Assembly: GCF_041912895.1 (NCBI RefSeq)
Contig: NZ_JAYSGI010000002.1
Location: 521,339-585,338 of the forward strand
DNA length: 64,000 nucleotides
Direction of reading: 5' to 3'
Source: Pelagerythrobacter sp.
GTDB taxonomy: Bacteria; Pseudomonadota; Alphaproteobacteria; Sphingomonadales; Sphingomonadaceae
Shown here: positions 19,294-27,833 of the stretch, in pieces
How the letters are laid out: every line of letters starts with the position of its first letter
Numbering within the stretch: the first letter of the stretch is position 1
Translations under genes and position numbers: made by a program
Notes under the pieces: model-generated
Told to the model about the DNA's origin: nothing
The model's input: the letters and a program-made list of their open reading frames with translations, nothing else
Databases searched by the model: none

Positions 19294-20469
19294 TCAGGCC
19301 TGCGCCGCGAAATCGCGCAGCATGTGCTTGGCGATCTGCAGCTGGAGGATCTGCGTCGTGCCTTCGTAGATGCGGTAGATGCGCGCATCGCGGAAAAAGC
19401 GCTCGGCATCGTATTCGGCGAGGTAGCCCGCGCCGCCGTAGATCTGCACCACGCGGTCGACCACGCGGCCGCACATCTCGGATGCGAAGACCTTGAACGC
19501 GGCGGCCTGCCGGATCGTGCTTTCGCCGCGATCGACCCGCGCGGCGACGTCGGCCATCATGCATTCGGCGGCGTAGATCTCGGTCTCGCTCTCGGCCAGC
19601 ATCTGCTGGATCAGCTGGAAGTTGGCGATCGGCTCGCCGAACGCCTTGCGCTCGGTGGCGTAGCGCAGTGCTGAATCGAGCGCGCGACGCGCATAGCCGG
19701 TCGATGCCGCGCCGACCGAGATGCGCCCGTTGTCGAGGCTCTTCATCGCGAACACGAAGCCCTTGCCGGTCTCGCCGCCCAGCAGCGCCTCGCCCGGCAC
19801 GTGGACGTCTTCCAGGATCACGTCGGCGATATGGCTGCCCGACTGGCCCATCTTCTCGTCCGGCGAACCCACGGTGACGCCCGGCGCGTCCATCGGCACG
19901 ATGAAGGCGGAGACGTGCGCGTTCTTGGGCAGGTTGTCCTTCTCGGTGCGCGCCATGATCAGCCCGACCCGCGCGTGCGGCGCGTTGGTGATGTAGCGTT
20001 TGGTGCCGTTGAGTATCCAGCCGTTCCCGCTGGGGTCGCGCCGCGCGGTGGTCGCCATCGCGGCGCTGTCACTGCCCGATCCCGGCTCGGTCAGGCCGAA
20101 ACAGGCGATCTCGCCCGCCGCGATCCGCGGCCACCATTCGGCCTTCTGCGCCTCGGTGCCGCCGTTCTTGATCGCCGAGTTGAACATGCCGACGTTGATC
20201 GAGAAGATCGAGCGATAGGCGGGCGCGGCGTAGGCCATCGTCTTGACCACGCGCGCATACTGGCTCGTGCTCAGCCCCGCGCCGTCGTAGTCCTCGGGTA
20301 CGGTCAGGCCGAACAGCCCCATGTCCTTCATCTCGGCCACGATCGCGTCGGGAATGCGGTCGGTCTCGATCACCTCGCGCTCGGCGGGGATCAGCCGTTC
20401 GCGCACGTAGCGTTCGAGCTGGTCGAGAAACTGTTCGAAAAGTTCGGGGTCCATGCCGGGTTCGGCCAT
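19294..20469 (-). CDS. Acyl-CoA dehydrogenase
   Basis: CFGLTEPGSGSD, LNGTKRYITNAP, GEPIANFQLIQ, RIYRIYEGTTQI; start 20469 or 20454. Confidence 0.95.
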   Translation of the reverse strand: MAEPGMDPELFEQFLDQLERYVRERLIPAEREVIETDRIPDAIVAEMKDMGLFGLTVPEDYDGAGLSTSQYARVVKTMAYAAPAYRSIFSINVGMFNSAIKNGGTEAQKAEWWPRIAAGEIACFGLTEPGSGSDSAAMATTARRDPSGNGWILNGTKRYITNAPHARVGLIMARTEKDNLPKNAHVSAFIVPMDAPGVTVGSPDEKMGQSGSHIADVILEDVHVPGEALLGGETGKGFVFAMKSLDNGRISVGAASTGYARRALDSALRYATERKAFGEPIANFQLIQQMLAESETEIYAAECMMADVAARVDRGESTIRQAAAFKVFASEMCGRVVDRVVQIYGGAGYLAEYDAERFFRDARIYRIYEGTTQILQLQIAKHMLRDFAAQA

Positions 20470-20496
20470 GCCTGTCGGTCCTCTCGTCGGGTCGGA

Positions 20497-20721
20497 TTAT
20501 GAGGCGGGAGGAGGGGCGTCGGGCGCTGTAGCCGGCTCGTCCTCCGCGGTGGTATCGCGGCCCATCGCTTCGGGCGGCAGGCGCCGCTGTTCGAGCATTT
20601 CGGCCGCTTCGTCGAGCGCCTTCGCCTCGCCTACCGTCACCCCGCCGGGGCCGGGTTCGTTGTCGGCAGGCTCGCACGCGGCGAGCAGGACAAGGGGGGC
20701 GAGCAGGGCGATACGGGTCAT
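20497..20721 (-). CDS. Small lipoprotein
   Basis: Lipobox LLAAC; GPGGVTVGEAKALDEAAEML. Confidence 0.8.
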   Translation of the reverse strand: MTRIALLAPLVLLAACEPADNEPGPGGVTVGEAKALDEAAEMLEQRRLPPEAMGRDTTAEDEPATAPDAPPPAS

Positions 20722-20753
20722 GGCGGGGCACCATAGCGCCGCGCGCACAAAGG

Positions 20754-20791
20754 AAAAGCGGGCGAATCGCCGTGCGACCGCCCGCTTCCCA
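20754..20791 (-). terminator. Intrinsic terminator of the 20832-21128 gene
   Basis: AAGCGGGCG...CGCCCGCTTTT on the minus strand. Confidence 0.7.
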
Positions 20792-20831
20792 AGCGTTTCT
20801 TTCGGCCCGCGAAGGGCCGGCGGACGATCGC

Positions 20832-21128
20832 CTACTCGGTCTCTTCCGAAGCGGTCGAGGCTTCGGCGGCGACATCGGCCGCGGCCGCGGCGGCGGCTTC
20901 ACCCGCGGCATCGGCGTCGGCGGCCGCGTTGTCGGCGGCGGTCGTGTCTTCGGCGGTCGGCGTGGTCACCGGCGCGGCGACCGGCTCGTCGGTGATCGGC
21001 GTCAGCGCCTCGTCGGCGGGCATTTCGACGGTGTCGGCCTCGGCATCGACCGAAGCGTCGTCGCTGCTGCCGCAGGCGGCGAGCGCCAGCGCGGCGACGG
21101 GAGCGAGAGCGAAAGCGAACTTCTTCAT
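20832..21128 (-). CDS. Acidic, disordered lipoprotein
   Basis: MKKFAFALAPVAALALAACG lipobox; A/D/E/T-rich tail; GGAG RBS. Confidence 0.85.
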   Translation of the reverse strand: MKKFAFALAPVAALALAACGSSDDASVDAEADTVEMPADEALTPITDEPVAAPVTTPTAEDTTAADNAAADADAAGEAAAAAAADVAAEASTASEETE

Positions 21129-21256
21129 CGGGGGTTCTCCGTGATTCGGGCGCCACATGGCGTGCGGCTCACTTAGCTCTGCCACATTTCAACCGCAATC
21201 TGCAAAAATGGCCCCGCCCCGTTCACCCCGCGTCCCGGCTATGCCATGGCCGTGGC

Positions 21257-23047
21257 ATGGCGACGATTTCGGAAGGCGACGAACGACTGGGCGCGGCGCG
21301 CGGCGAACTGCGCCGCCTGTTCGGGTTCGACGATTTTCGCGGGGTGCAGCCGCAAGTGGTGGCGCGGGTGTTGGCAGGCGAATCGACGCTGGCGGTGATG
21401 CCCACCGGCGCGGGCAAGTCGCTCACCTACCAGCTGCCCGCCGCGATGCTACCGGGCACCTGCGTGGTCGTCAGCCCGCTGATCGCGCTGATGCACGACC
21501 AGCTGCGCGCTGCGCGCGCCAACGGGATCGAGGCGGCGACGCTGACCAGCGTCGATGCCGACTGGCGCGAGACGCTCGACCGGTTCCGGTCCGGAACGCT
21601 CGACCTGCTCTACGTCGCGCCCGAACGCGCCAGCCAGCCGGGTTTCCGCGAACTGCTCGGCTCCGCGCCGCTCGCGCTGTTCGCGGTGGACGAGGCGCAT
21701 TGCGTGTCCGAATGGGGCCACGATTTCCGGCCAGACTACCGCCTGCTGCGCGGCCTGCTCGACGCGTTTCCGCAAGTGCCGCGCCTCGCGCTTACCGCCA
21801 CCGCCGACGCGCACACCCGCGCCGACATCCTGGAGCAGCTCGGCATTCCCGCGGACGGGCTGGTGCTCGCCGGGTTCGACCGGCCCAATATCCGCTACGC
21901 CATGCGCCACCGCGACAACCCGGTGCGCCAGATCGCCGCGCTGATGGACGAAGTGCCGGGGCCGGGCATCGTCTATGCCCCCACGCGCCGCAAGGTAGAG
22001 GATCTGGCGGACAAGCTGGGCGCGGCCACCGGGCGCGAGGTGCGGCCCTATCACGCCGGGCTGGACCCGGCGGTGCGCGGGGGCAACCAGGCGGCGTTCG
22101 TCAGCAGCGAGGACATGGTGATCGTCGCCACGGTCGCCTTCGGCATGGGGATCGACAAACCCGACGTGCGCTTCGTCGCCCATGCGGGCATCCCGAAGTC
22201 GATCGAGGGATATTACCAGGAAACCGGCCGCGCGGGGCGCGACGGCGATCCGGCGCGGGCGGTGATGCTGTGGGGCGCGGGCGATTTCGCCACGGCGCGC
22301 CAGCGATTGTCCGAAGTGCCGGAGAATCGCCGCACGGGCGAGCGCGCGCGGCTCGATGCGCTCGCCGGGCTGGTCGAGACCGCCGGCTGCCGCCGCGCCG
22401 TGCTGCTGCGCCATTTCGGCGAAGACCCGCCCGCGCAGTGCGGCAATTGCGACAACTGCCTGTCCCCGCCCGGCGTCACCGACGCGACCGAACTCGCGCG
22501 CAAGCTGCTCTCTGCCGCGTACCGCACCGGGCAGAGCTTCGGCTTCGGGCACTTGCAGAAGGTGCTGACCGGGGCGGAGGATGATCGCGTGCGCCAGCGC
22601 GGGCACGACCGGCTGTCGGTGTTCGGCATCGTCGAGGGTGACGAGGCGCGCCTGCTCCAGCCGCTGAGCCGGGCGTTGCAGGCGCGCGGCGCGCTGGTCG
22701 CGAACGAGCACGGCGGGCTCGCGCTCGGCGGCGATGCCCGCGCGATCCTCAAGGGCGAGCAGGCGGTGGCGATCGTGGTCCCGCCCCGTTCCGAGCGCAG
22801 GCGGCGGCGCGATGCCAGCCCCAACCCGGTCGGCGATCCGCTGTTCGAGGCGCTGCGCGACCTGCGGCGCGAACTGGCGAGCGAGGCCGGCCTGCCGCCC
22901 TACGTGATCTTCCACGACGCCACGCTGCGGGAGATGGCCGCGCGCCGTCCCGCCTCGCTCGCCGAACTGGGCGCGATCGGCGGTGTCGGCGCGAAGAAGC
23001 TGGACGCCTACGGCGACCGGTTCCTTTCGGTTATTCGGGCGGCTTGA
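21257..23047 (+). CDS. recQ: DNA helicase RecQ
   Basis: MPTGAGKS, VDEAHCVSEWGHDFRPDY, YYQETGRAGRDG, Zn-binding Cys, HRDC domain PPYVIFHDATL. Confidence 0.96.
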   Translation: MATISEGDERLGAARGELRRLFGFDDFRGVQPQVVARVLAGESTLAVMPTGAGKSLTYQLPAAMLPGTCVVVSPLIALMHDQLRAARANGIEAATLTSVDADWRETLDRFRSGTLDLLYVAPERASQPGFRELLGSAPLALFAVDEAHCVSEWGHDFRPDYRLLRGLLDAFPQVPRLALTATADAHTRADILEQLGIPADGLVLAGFDRPNIRYAMRHRDNPVRQIAALMDEVPGPGIVYAPTRRKVEDLADKLGAATGREVRPYHAGLDPAVRGGNQAAFVSSEDMVIVATVAFGMGIDKPDVRFVAHAGIPKSIEGYYQETGRAGRDGDPARAVMLWGAGDFATARQRLSEVPENRRTGERARLDALAGLVETAGCRRAVLLRHFGEDPPAQCGNCDNCLSPPGVTDATELARKLLSAAYRTGQSFGFGHLQKVLTGAEDDRVRQRGHDRLSVFGIVEGDEARLLQPLSRALQARGALVANEHGGLALGGDARAILKGEQAVAIVVPPRSERRRRRDASPNPVGDPLFEALRDLRRELASEAGLPPYVIFHDATLREMAARRPASLAELGAIGGVGAKKLDAYGDRFLSVIRAA

Positions 23048-24026
23048 CCATCTCTTCCCCGCGCGTCTTCCACAGCGAATAGCCGATCCCCGCGCCGATC
23101 AGCGCCAGCGTGACACCCAGGCTCAGCACGGGCGGGAACTTCGCCCCGCCGAGAATGAAGTCGGACACGAGGATTTTCGAGCCGATGAACACCAGCACCG
23201 CGGCCAGCGCGTACTTCAGGTATTCGAAGCGGTGGACCATCGCCGCGAGCGCGAAATAGAGCGCGCGCAGGCCGAGGATCGCCATGATGTTGCTGGTATA
23301 GACGATGAAGGTGTCGGTCGTGATCGCGAAGATCGCGGGCACCGAATCGATCGCGAACACCAGGTCGGCGATGTTGATGACGACCAGCGCCAGCAGCAGC
23401 GGCGTCGCCGCCAGCACCATGCGCCCGCCGCGCTTCTCGCTCGGTGTGCGGACCAGGAACTTGTGGCCGTGCAGCTCGCGCGTCACGCGCATGTGGCGCG
23501 AAATCCAGCGGATCGCGGGGTTGTTGCCGATGTCGGGATCGTGGTCGGAGGTGAAGAACATCCGGATGCCGGTCACGATCAGGAACGCGGCGAAGAGATA
23601 GAGCACCCAGTAGGCTTCGGCGACCAGCGCCGCGCCGCCGGCAATCATCAGCCCGCGCAGCACGATCACCGCCATGATGCCCCACAGCAGCGCGCGATAC
23701 TGGTATTTCGCCGGGATCGAGAAATAGGTGAAGATCAGCGAGATCACGAAGACGTTGTCGATCGAGAGCGCCTTCTCGATGAAGTAGCCGGTGAAATACT
23801 GCATCCCCGGCTCCGGCCCGCGCTCGAACCAGATCCAACCGCCGAAGAGCATCGCGATGCCGATGTAGAACGCGCTGAGCTTGAGCGATTCGGCCACGCC
23901 CATCTCGCGGTCTTCCTTGTTCAGCACGCCTAGATCGAACGCGGTCAGCGCGATCACGATCACGAGGAAGACGAGCCAGAACCAGGCGGGTGTGCCGAGC
24001 CAATCGGCGGAAAGGAAATCGGTCAT
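23031..24026 (-). CDS. TerC/Alx family membrane protein
   Basis: YFTGYFIEKALSIDNVFV, DLVFAIDSVPAIFAIT, TSNIMAILGLRALYF. Confidence 0.94.
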   Translation of the reverse strand: MTDFLSADWLGTPAWFWLVFLVIVIALTAFDLGVLNKEDREMGVAESLKLSAFYIGIAMLFGGWIWFERGPEPGMQYFTGYFIEKALSIDNVFVISLIFTYFSIPAKYQYRALLWGIMAVIVLRGLMIAGGAALVAEAYWVLYLFAAFLIVTGIRMFFTSDHDPDIGNNPAIRWISRHMRVTRELHGHKFLVRTPSEKRGGRMVLAATPLLLALVVINIADLVFAIDSVPAIFAITTDTFIVYTSNIMAILGLRALYFALAAMVHRFEYLKYALAAVLVFIGSKILVSDFILGGAKFPPVLSLGVTLALIGAGIGYSLWKTRGEEMVKPPE

Positions 24027-24048
24027 CGCGGGCGCTCCGGGCAGATAC

Positions 24049-24150
24049 GGTGTCGGGTTCGAATCGGATGTGCCGAGCCGCGCGCGAGGTGTGGGGGAGG
24101 GGGGAAGACCCCGGGCCCGGCATCGGCAACATCCGATGCGGTCCGACATC
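24049..24150 (-). ncRNA. Structured cis-regulatory leader of terC (possibly the terC RNA motif)
   Basis: Long stem AUCGGAUG(U)UGCCGA(U)GCCG / CGGCUCGGCACAUCCGAU, outer GUCGG/CCGAC, inner GGGG-UCUU-CCCC and C-rich loop; ends 22 nt before the terC ATG. Confidence 0.55.
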
Positions 24151-24275
24151 ACGCAGCGCGGGGCCAAGGGCCGCAGCGCCGCGCCAGAGGGGCCCGGTCC
24201 GCACGCGCCAGATGATGGCTAACGGCCGCGGTTTCAACCCCCCTGAGCGAAACGGCTTGCGCGAATCGGTGAGTC

Positions 24276-24303
24276 GATATATATATGATATCATAATTAT
24301 ATC
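24276..24303. promoter_or_regulatory. 28-bp AT-rich palindrome, candidate operator
   Basis: GATATATATATGATATCATAATTATATC is 24/28 self-complementary; 17 nt before the SPFH ATG. Confidence 0.7.
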
Positions 24304-24320
24304 GGAAGGGAATTCGTGTC

Positions 24321-25235
24321 ATGTCCGACATGCTCAAGGGAATGAAGACCAGCCGCGAAAGCGCGGCGCATTCGCACAACGGCTACCTGATGCTCGTGCT
24401 GCTGCTGATCCTGCTGGTGGCGACGGTGTGGGTGATCTTCGCCGCAATGCCCGCCGAAGGGGCGAGCGACGGCACGATCGCGGCTTATGCCGGGGCCATC
24501 GCGGGTGGATCGGTCGCGTTCCTGTTCGTGCTGTGCGGCTTCTTCATGATCCAGCCGAACCAGGCCGCGGTCATCACGCTGTTCGGCGAATATCGCGGGA
24601 CCGAGCGGACCGAGGGGCTGCGCTGGGTCTGGCCGTGGATGGGGCGCAAGAAGATCTCCGCCCGCGCGCGCAACGTCCATTCGGACAAGGTCAAGATCAA
24701 CGACCTGAAGGGCAATCCGATCGAGATCGCGTGCAACGTGGTGTGGCGCGTGGCCGACACCGCGCAGGCCAGCTTCGACGTCGACGATTTCCAGGAATTC
24801 GCCAATATCCAGATCGAGGCGGGCCTGCGCACGGTCGGCTCGCGCCATCCCTACGACGATCTGGAAGGCGAGGAACTCACGCTGCGCGGCAGCGCCGAGG
24901 TGGTCAATCGCGAGCTGCTGGAAGAATTGAACGACCGGCTCAAGGTGGCGGGGATCGTGGTCGACGAGGCAGGCCTCACCCACCTCGCCTATGCCTCCGA
25001 GATCGCCGGGGCGATGCTGCGCCGCCAGCAGGCCGAAGCGGTGATCGCCGCCCGGTCGAAGCTGGTGATGGGCGCGGTCGGTATGGTCGAGGACGCACTA
25101 ACCAAGCTCAGCCAGGACAACATCGTCGAGCTCGACGACGAGCGGCGCGCGACGATGGTGTCGAACCTGATGGTCGTGCTGTGCGGCGAGCGCGAGGCGC
25201 AGCCAGTGGTCAACGCGGGCACGCTGTACCAGTAA
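24321..25235 (+). CDS. SPFH/band 7 domain membrane protein
   Basis: Two N-terminal TM segments; [51 protein letters not shown]. Confidence 0.92.
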   Translation: MSDMLKGMKTSRESAAHSHNGYLMLVLLLILLVATVWVIFAAMPAEGASDGTIAAYAGAIAGGSVAFLFVLCGFFMIQPNQAAVITLFGEYRGTERTEGLRWVWPWMGRKKISARARNVHSDKVKINDLKGNPIEIACNVVWRVADTAQASFDVDDFQEFANIQIEAGLRTVGSRHPYDDLEGEELTLRGSAEVVNRELLEELNDRLKVAGIVVDEAGLTHLAYASEIAGAMLRRQQAEAVIAARSKLVMGAVGMVEDALTKLSQDNIVELDDERRATMVSNLMVVLCGEREAQPVVNAGTLYQ

Positions 25236-25244
25236 GCCGCTCCG

Positions 25245-25439
25245 ATGCCTGCGAAGAAAGCCTTTGCCCTCCGCCTCGACCCGGCCGTCCACGCCGCGGT
25301 CGAGCGGCTGGCCGCGGCCGAACTGCGCAGCGCCAACGCCGAGATCGAGATGCTGCTGCGCGAGGCGCTGAAGGCGCGCGGCATTCCCGTGAAAACCGCC
25401 AGCCCGCCGCGCCGGGGCAGGCCGCCGAAAGCCAACTGA
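25245..25439 (+). CDS. Arc-like ribbon-helix-helix DNA-binding protein
   Basis: [39 protein letters not shown]. Confidence 0.88.
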   Translation: MPAKKAFALRLDPAVHAAVERLAAAELRSANAEIEMLLREALKARGIPVKTASPPRRGRPPKAN

Positions 25440-25450
25440 GGGAGGTTGCG

Positions 25451-25768
25451 ATGCGCGACGAGGACAAGCCATTCGTCTGTTACCGGCATGGCTGGAATTT
25501 CAAGGTCTATCCCCGCAATGCCGAGGGCTGGCGCGGCATGGCGCTGTGGCTGCTCGCCCTCGCGCCCGTCTGCGCCATCTTCATATGGGCGGTGTCGCGC
25601 GATCCTGCCCCCGCCGTCACCGCCATCATGGTGATCGGCTTCCTGCTTGCGGTGGCGGTGTGGACGATCGCCCTGATCGTGTGGGTCAAACCACGCAGTG
25701 AGGTGATCGACCTCGCCGAACTGCGACGCCTCAAGCGCGAACGCGACCGGGCCGGGCGCAAGCGGTGA
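25451..25768 (+). CDS. Small two-TM hypothetical protein
   Basis: GGAGG RBS; PRNAEGW motif followed by two hydrophobic helices. Confidence 0.75.
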   Translation: MRDEDKPFVCYRHGWNFKVYPRNAEGWRGMALWLLALAPVCAIFIWAVSRDPAPAVTAIMVIGFLLAVAVWTIALIVWVKPRSEVIDLAELRRLKRERDRAGRKR

Positions 25769-26502
25769 AGGCATCGCCGCCCCGCCGCGATGTTCGCGTG
25801 CTGGCCGCGCTTTGGCTACTCGGGATGGCGGGCGTCGCCTCGCTTCTGGCGGTGCCGCTTGAGCTCGCCCTGCCTGCGGGCATGGACGTTCCGCGCTGGG
25901 CGCTGCTGATCAACCCGGCACTTTTCGTGGCGGTCGCGGTTCCGCTCGGCTGGTGGGCCGCGCCCAGGGCCGGGTTATCCACCCCCATATTGGCGGCAAT
26001 GGTGCACGGAAAATTGCCAGCGTTCGCCTGGCGCGCCGCATTGCCGCCGATCCTCGCGGTGGTTGCCGCCACGGCCGCGATCCTGCTCGCATATGGTCAT
26101 GCCACCCGCGCGGTATTCTCGGCGGCCCCCGACATAGCGATGCCGCTAATCGCCCGGGTGCTCTATGGCGGCATCGCCGAGGAAATCATTGTGCGCTGGG
26201 GAGTGCTGAGCACGGCGATAATCGCACTGCTTTCGCTGCGCACGACCCGCGCGGTGGCATTCTGGAGCGCCAATGCGACAGCCGCGCTGCTGTTCGCCAT
26301 CGGCCATTTCGGGATGCTCTTCATGCTCGTGCCCGATCCGCCGATGTGGCTGATCGCGGCAGTCCTCGCGGGCAATGTCCTGCCCGGGCTCGGCTTCGGC
26401 TGGCTGTTCGCCCGCCACGGGCTCGAAGCAGCCATGCTCGCCCATGCCGGCAGCCATGTGCTGTTCGTGCTCGTCGCACCTCTGGTCGCGCTTTCGCCGT
26501 AG
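25765..26502 (+). CDS. CPBP (CAAX/Abi) family intramembrane metalloprotease
   Basis: [31 protein letters not shown]; GTGA overlap with the preceding gene. Confidence 0.85.
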   Translation: MKASPPRRDVRVLAALWLLGMAGVASLLAVPLELALPAGMDVPRWALLINPALFVAVAVPLGWWAAPRAGLSTPILAAMVHGKLPAFAWRAALPPILAVVAATAAILLAYGHATRAVFSAAPDIAMPLIARVLYGGIAEEIIVRWGVLSTAIIALLSLRTTRAVAFWSANATAALLFAIGHFGMLFMLVPDPPMWLIAAVLAGNVLPGLGFGWLFARHGLEAAMLAHAGSHVLFVLVAPLVALSP

Positions 26503-26510
26503 CGGCGGGT

Positions 26511-26542
26511 TTAGCCGCCGGTTAACCCTTTTGCGCTAGTGC
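26511..26542 (+). promoter_or_regulatory. CtrA-like box with a -10-like element (probably leaderless)
   Basis: TTAG-CCGCCGG-TTAACC-N9-TAGTGC-N7-ATG. Confidence 0.55.
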
Positions 26543-26549
26543 GGACTAC

Positions 26550-27515
26550 ATGGAAAGCCGCGCCCGCATCACGCCCGCCCGCCTCACTCTCGCCGCGCTG
26601 GCCGCGTGCGCGATCCCCGCAACCGCGCTGCTTGCGCAAGGCGGCGCCGCGCCGTTCACGGTGGTCGAGACCGGGCAGGGTTACGCCTCGCTCCAGCAGG
26701 CGGTCGATGCGATCGGCGCGGGCGAGGGGACGATCGCAATCGCCGACGGCACCTATCGCCAGTGCGCGGTGCAGGAAGCGGGCTCTGTCTCCTACCTCGC
26801 GGCGCAGCCCGGCAAGGCGGTGTTCGACGGCGAGACGTGCGAAGGCAAGGCCGCGCTGGTGCTGCGCGGGCGCTCGGCGAAGGTTTCCGGCCTCGTGTTC
26901 CGCGGCATGGCCGTGCCCGACTACAACGGCGCGGGCATCCGGCTCGAACAGGGCGATCTCACCGTGGCGCAATCGTGGTTCGCCGACAGCCAGCAGGGCA
27001 TCCTGACGGCGGACGATCCCTCGAGCACGATCGTGATCGACAAGTCGACCTTCTCCGGCCTCGGCACCTGCGAAGGCTCGGGCGGCTGCGCGCATTCGAT
27101 CTACATCGGCGATTACGGCCACTTGCGCGTGACCCGCAGCCGCTTCGAGCGCGGCACCGGCGGCCATTACGTCAAGGCGCGCGCGGCGCGGGTGGACGTC
27201 GCGGCATCGAGCTTCGACGATTCGGCGGGGCGTGGCACCAACTACATGATCGACCTGCCCGCCGGCGCGACCGGCCAGATCACCAACAACTGGTTCGTGC
27301 AGGGCCGCGACAAGGAGAATTACTCCGCCTTCATCGCGGTCGGCGCGGAAGACGTGAACCACAGCTCCGATGGGCTGCGAATCGAAGGCAACGACGCGCG
27401 CTTCGCCCCCTCGGTCAGCCGCAGTTCGACCTTCGTCGCGGACTGGAGCGGCGACAGCCTCAATATCGGGCCCAACGCATTGGGCGCGCGCATCCAGCGC
27501 TTCGAGGAACGCTGA
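26550..27515 (+). CDS. Secreted right-handed parallel beta-helix protein
   Basis: Signal peptide; repeats GAGIRLEQGDLTV, QQGILT, HSIYIG, GHYVKARA. Confidence 0.82.
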   Translation: MESRARITPARLTLAALAACAIPATALLAQGGAAPFTVVETGQGYASLQQAVDAIGAGEGTIAIADGTYRQCAVQEAGSVSYLAAQPGKAVFDGETCEGKAALVLRGRSAKVSGLVFRGMAVPDYNGAGIRLEQGDLTVAQSWFADSQQGILTADDPSSTIVIDKSTFSGLGTCEGSGGCAHSIYIGDYGHLRVTRSRFERGTGGHYVKARAARVDVAASSFDDSAGRGTNYMIDLPAGATGQITNNWFVQGRDKENYSAFIAVGAEDVNHSSDGLRIEGNDARFAPSVSRSSTFVADWSGDSLNIGPNALGARIQRFEER

Positions 27516-27520
27516 CGCGC

Positions 27521-27546
27521 GGAACCGCGCTCCGCCCCCGCCGGTT
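27521..27546 (+). promoter_or_regulatory. EcfG (general stress sigma)-type promoter
   Basis: GGAAC-N17-GGTT, 23 nt before the ATG of the DksA/TraR gene. Confidence 0.5.
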
Positions 27547-27569
27547 GAACGGATAAGGAGGCGCGCACG

Positions 27570-27833
27570 ATGGCAGGCGGCTGGGCCCGCGACGGGGCCG
27601 TTCAGGACCAGATCGACGATACGGTGAGCGACGCGGTGCGCGCCGCGCGCAACCGTATGCCGCACGGCGAGAGCGCCGAATACTGCGACGAATGCGGCGA
27701 GGAAATCCCCGAGAAGCGCCGCGCCGCGCTGCCCGGCGTGCGCACTTGCGTCGCCTGCCAGTCGCAGCGCGACACTGCCACTCGCCACTCAACGATCAAC
27801 CGGCGTGGCAGCAAGGACAGCCAGCTCCGCTAG
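27570..27833 (+). CDS. DksA/TraR family C4 zinc-finger protein (YbiI-like)
   Basis: CDECGEEIPEKRRAALPGVRTCVAC; AAGGAGG RBS. Confidence 0.92.
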   Translation: MAGGWARDGAVQDQIDDTVSDAVRAARNRMPHGESAEYCDECGEEIPEKRRAALPGVRTCVACQSQRDTATRHSTINRRGSKDSQLR

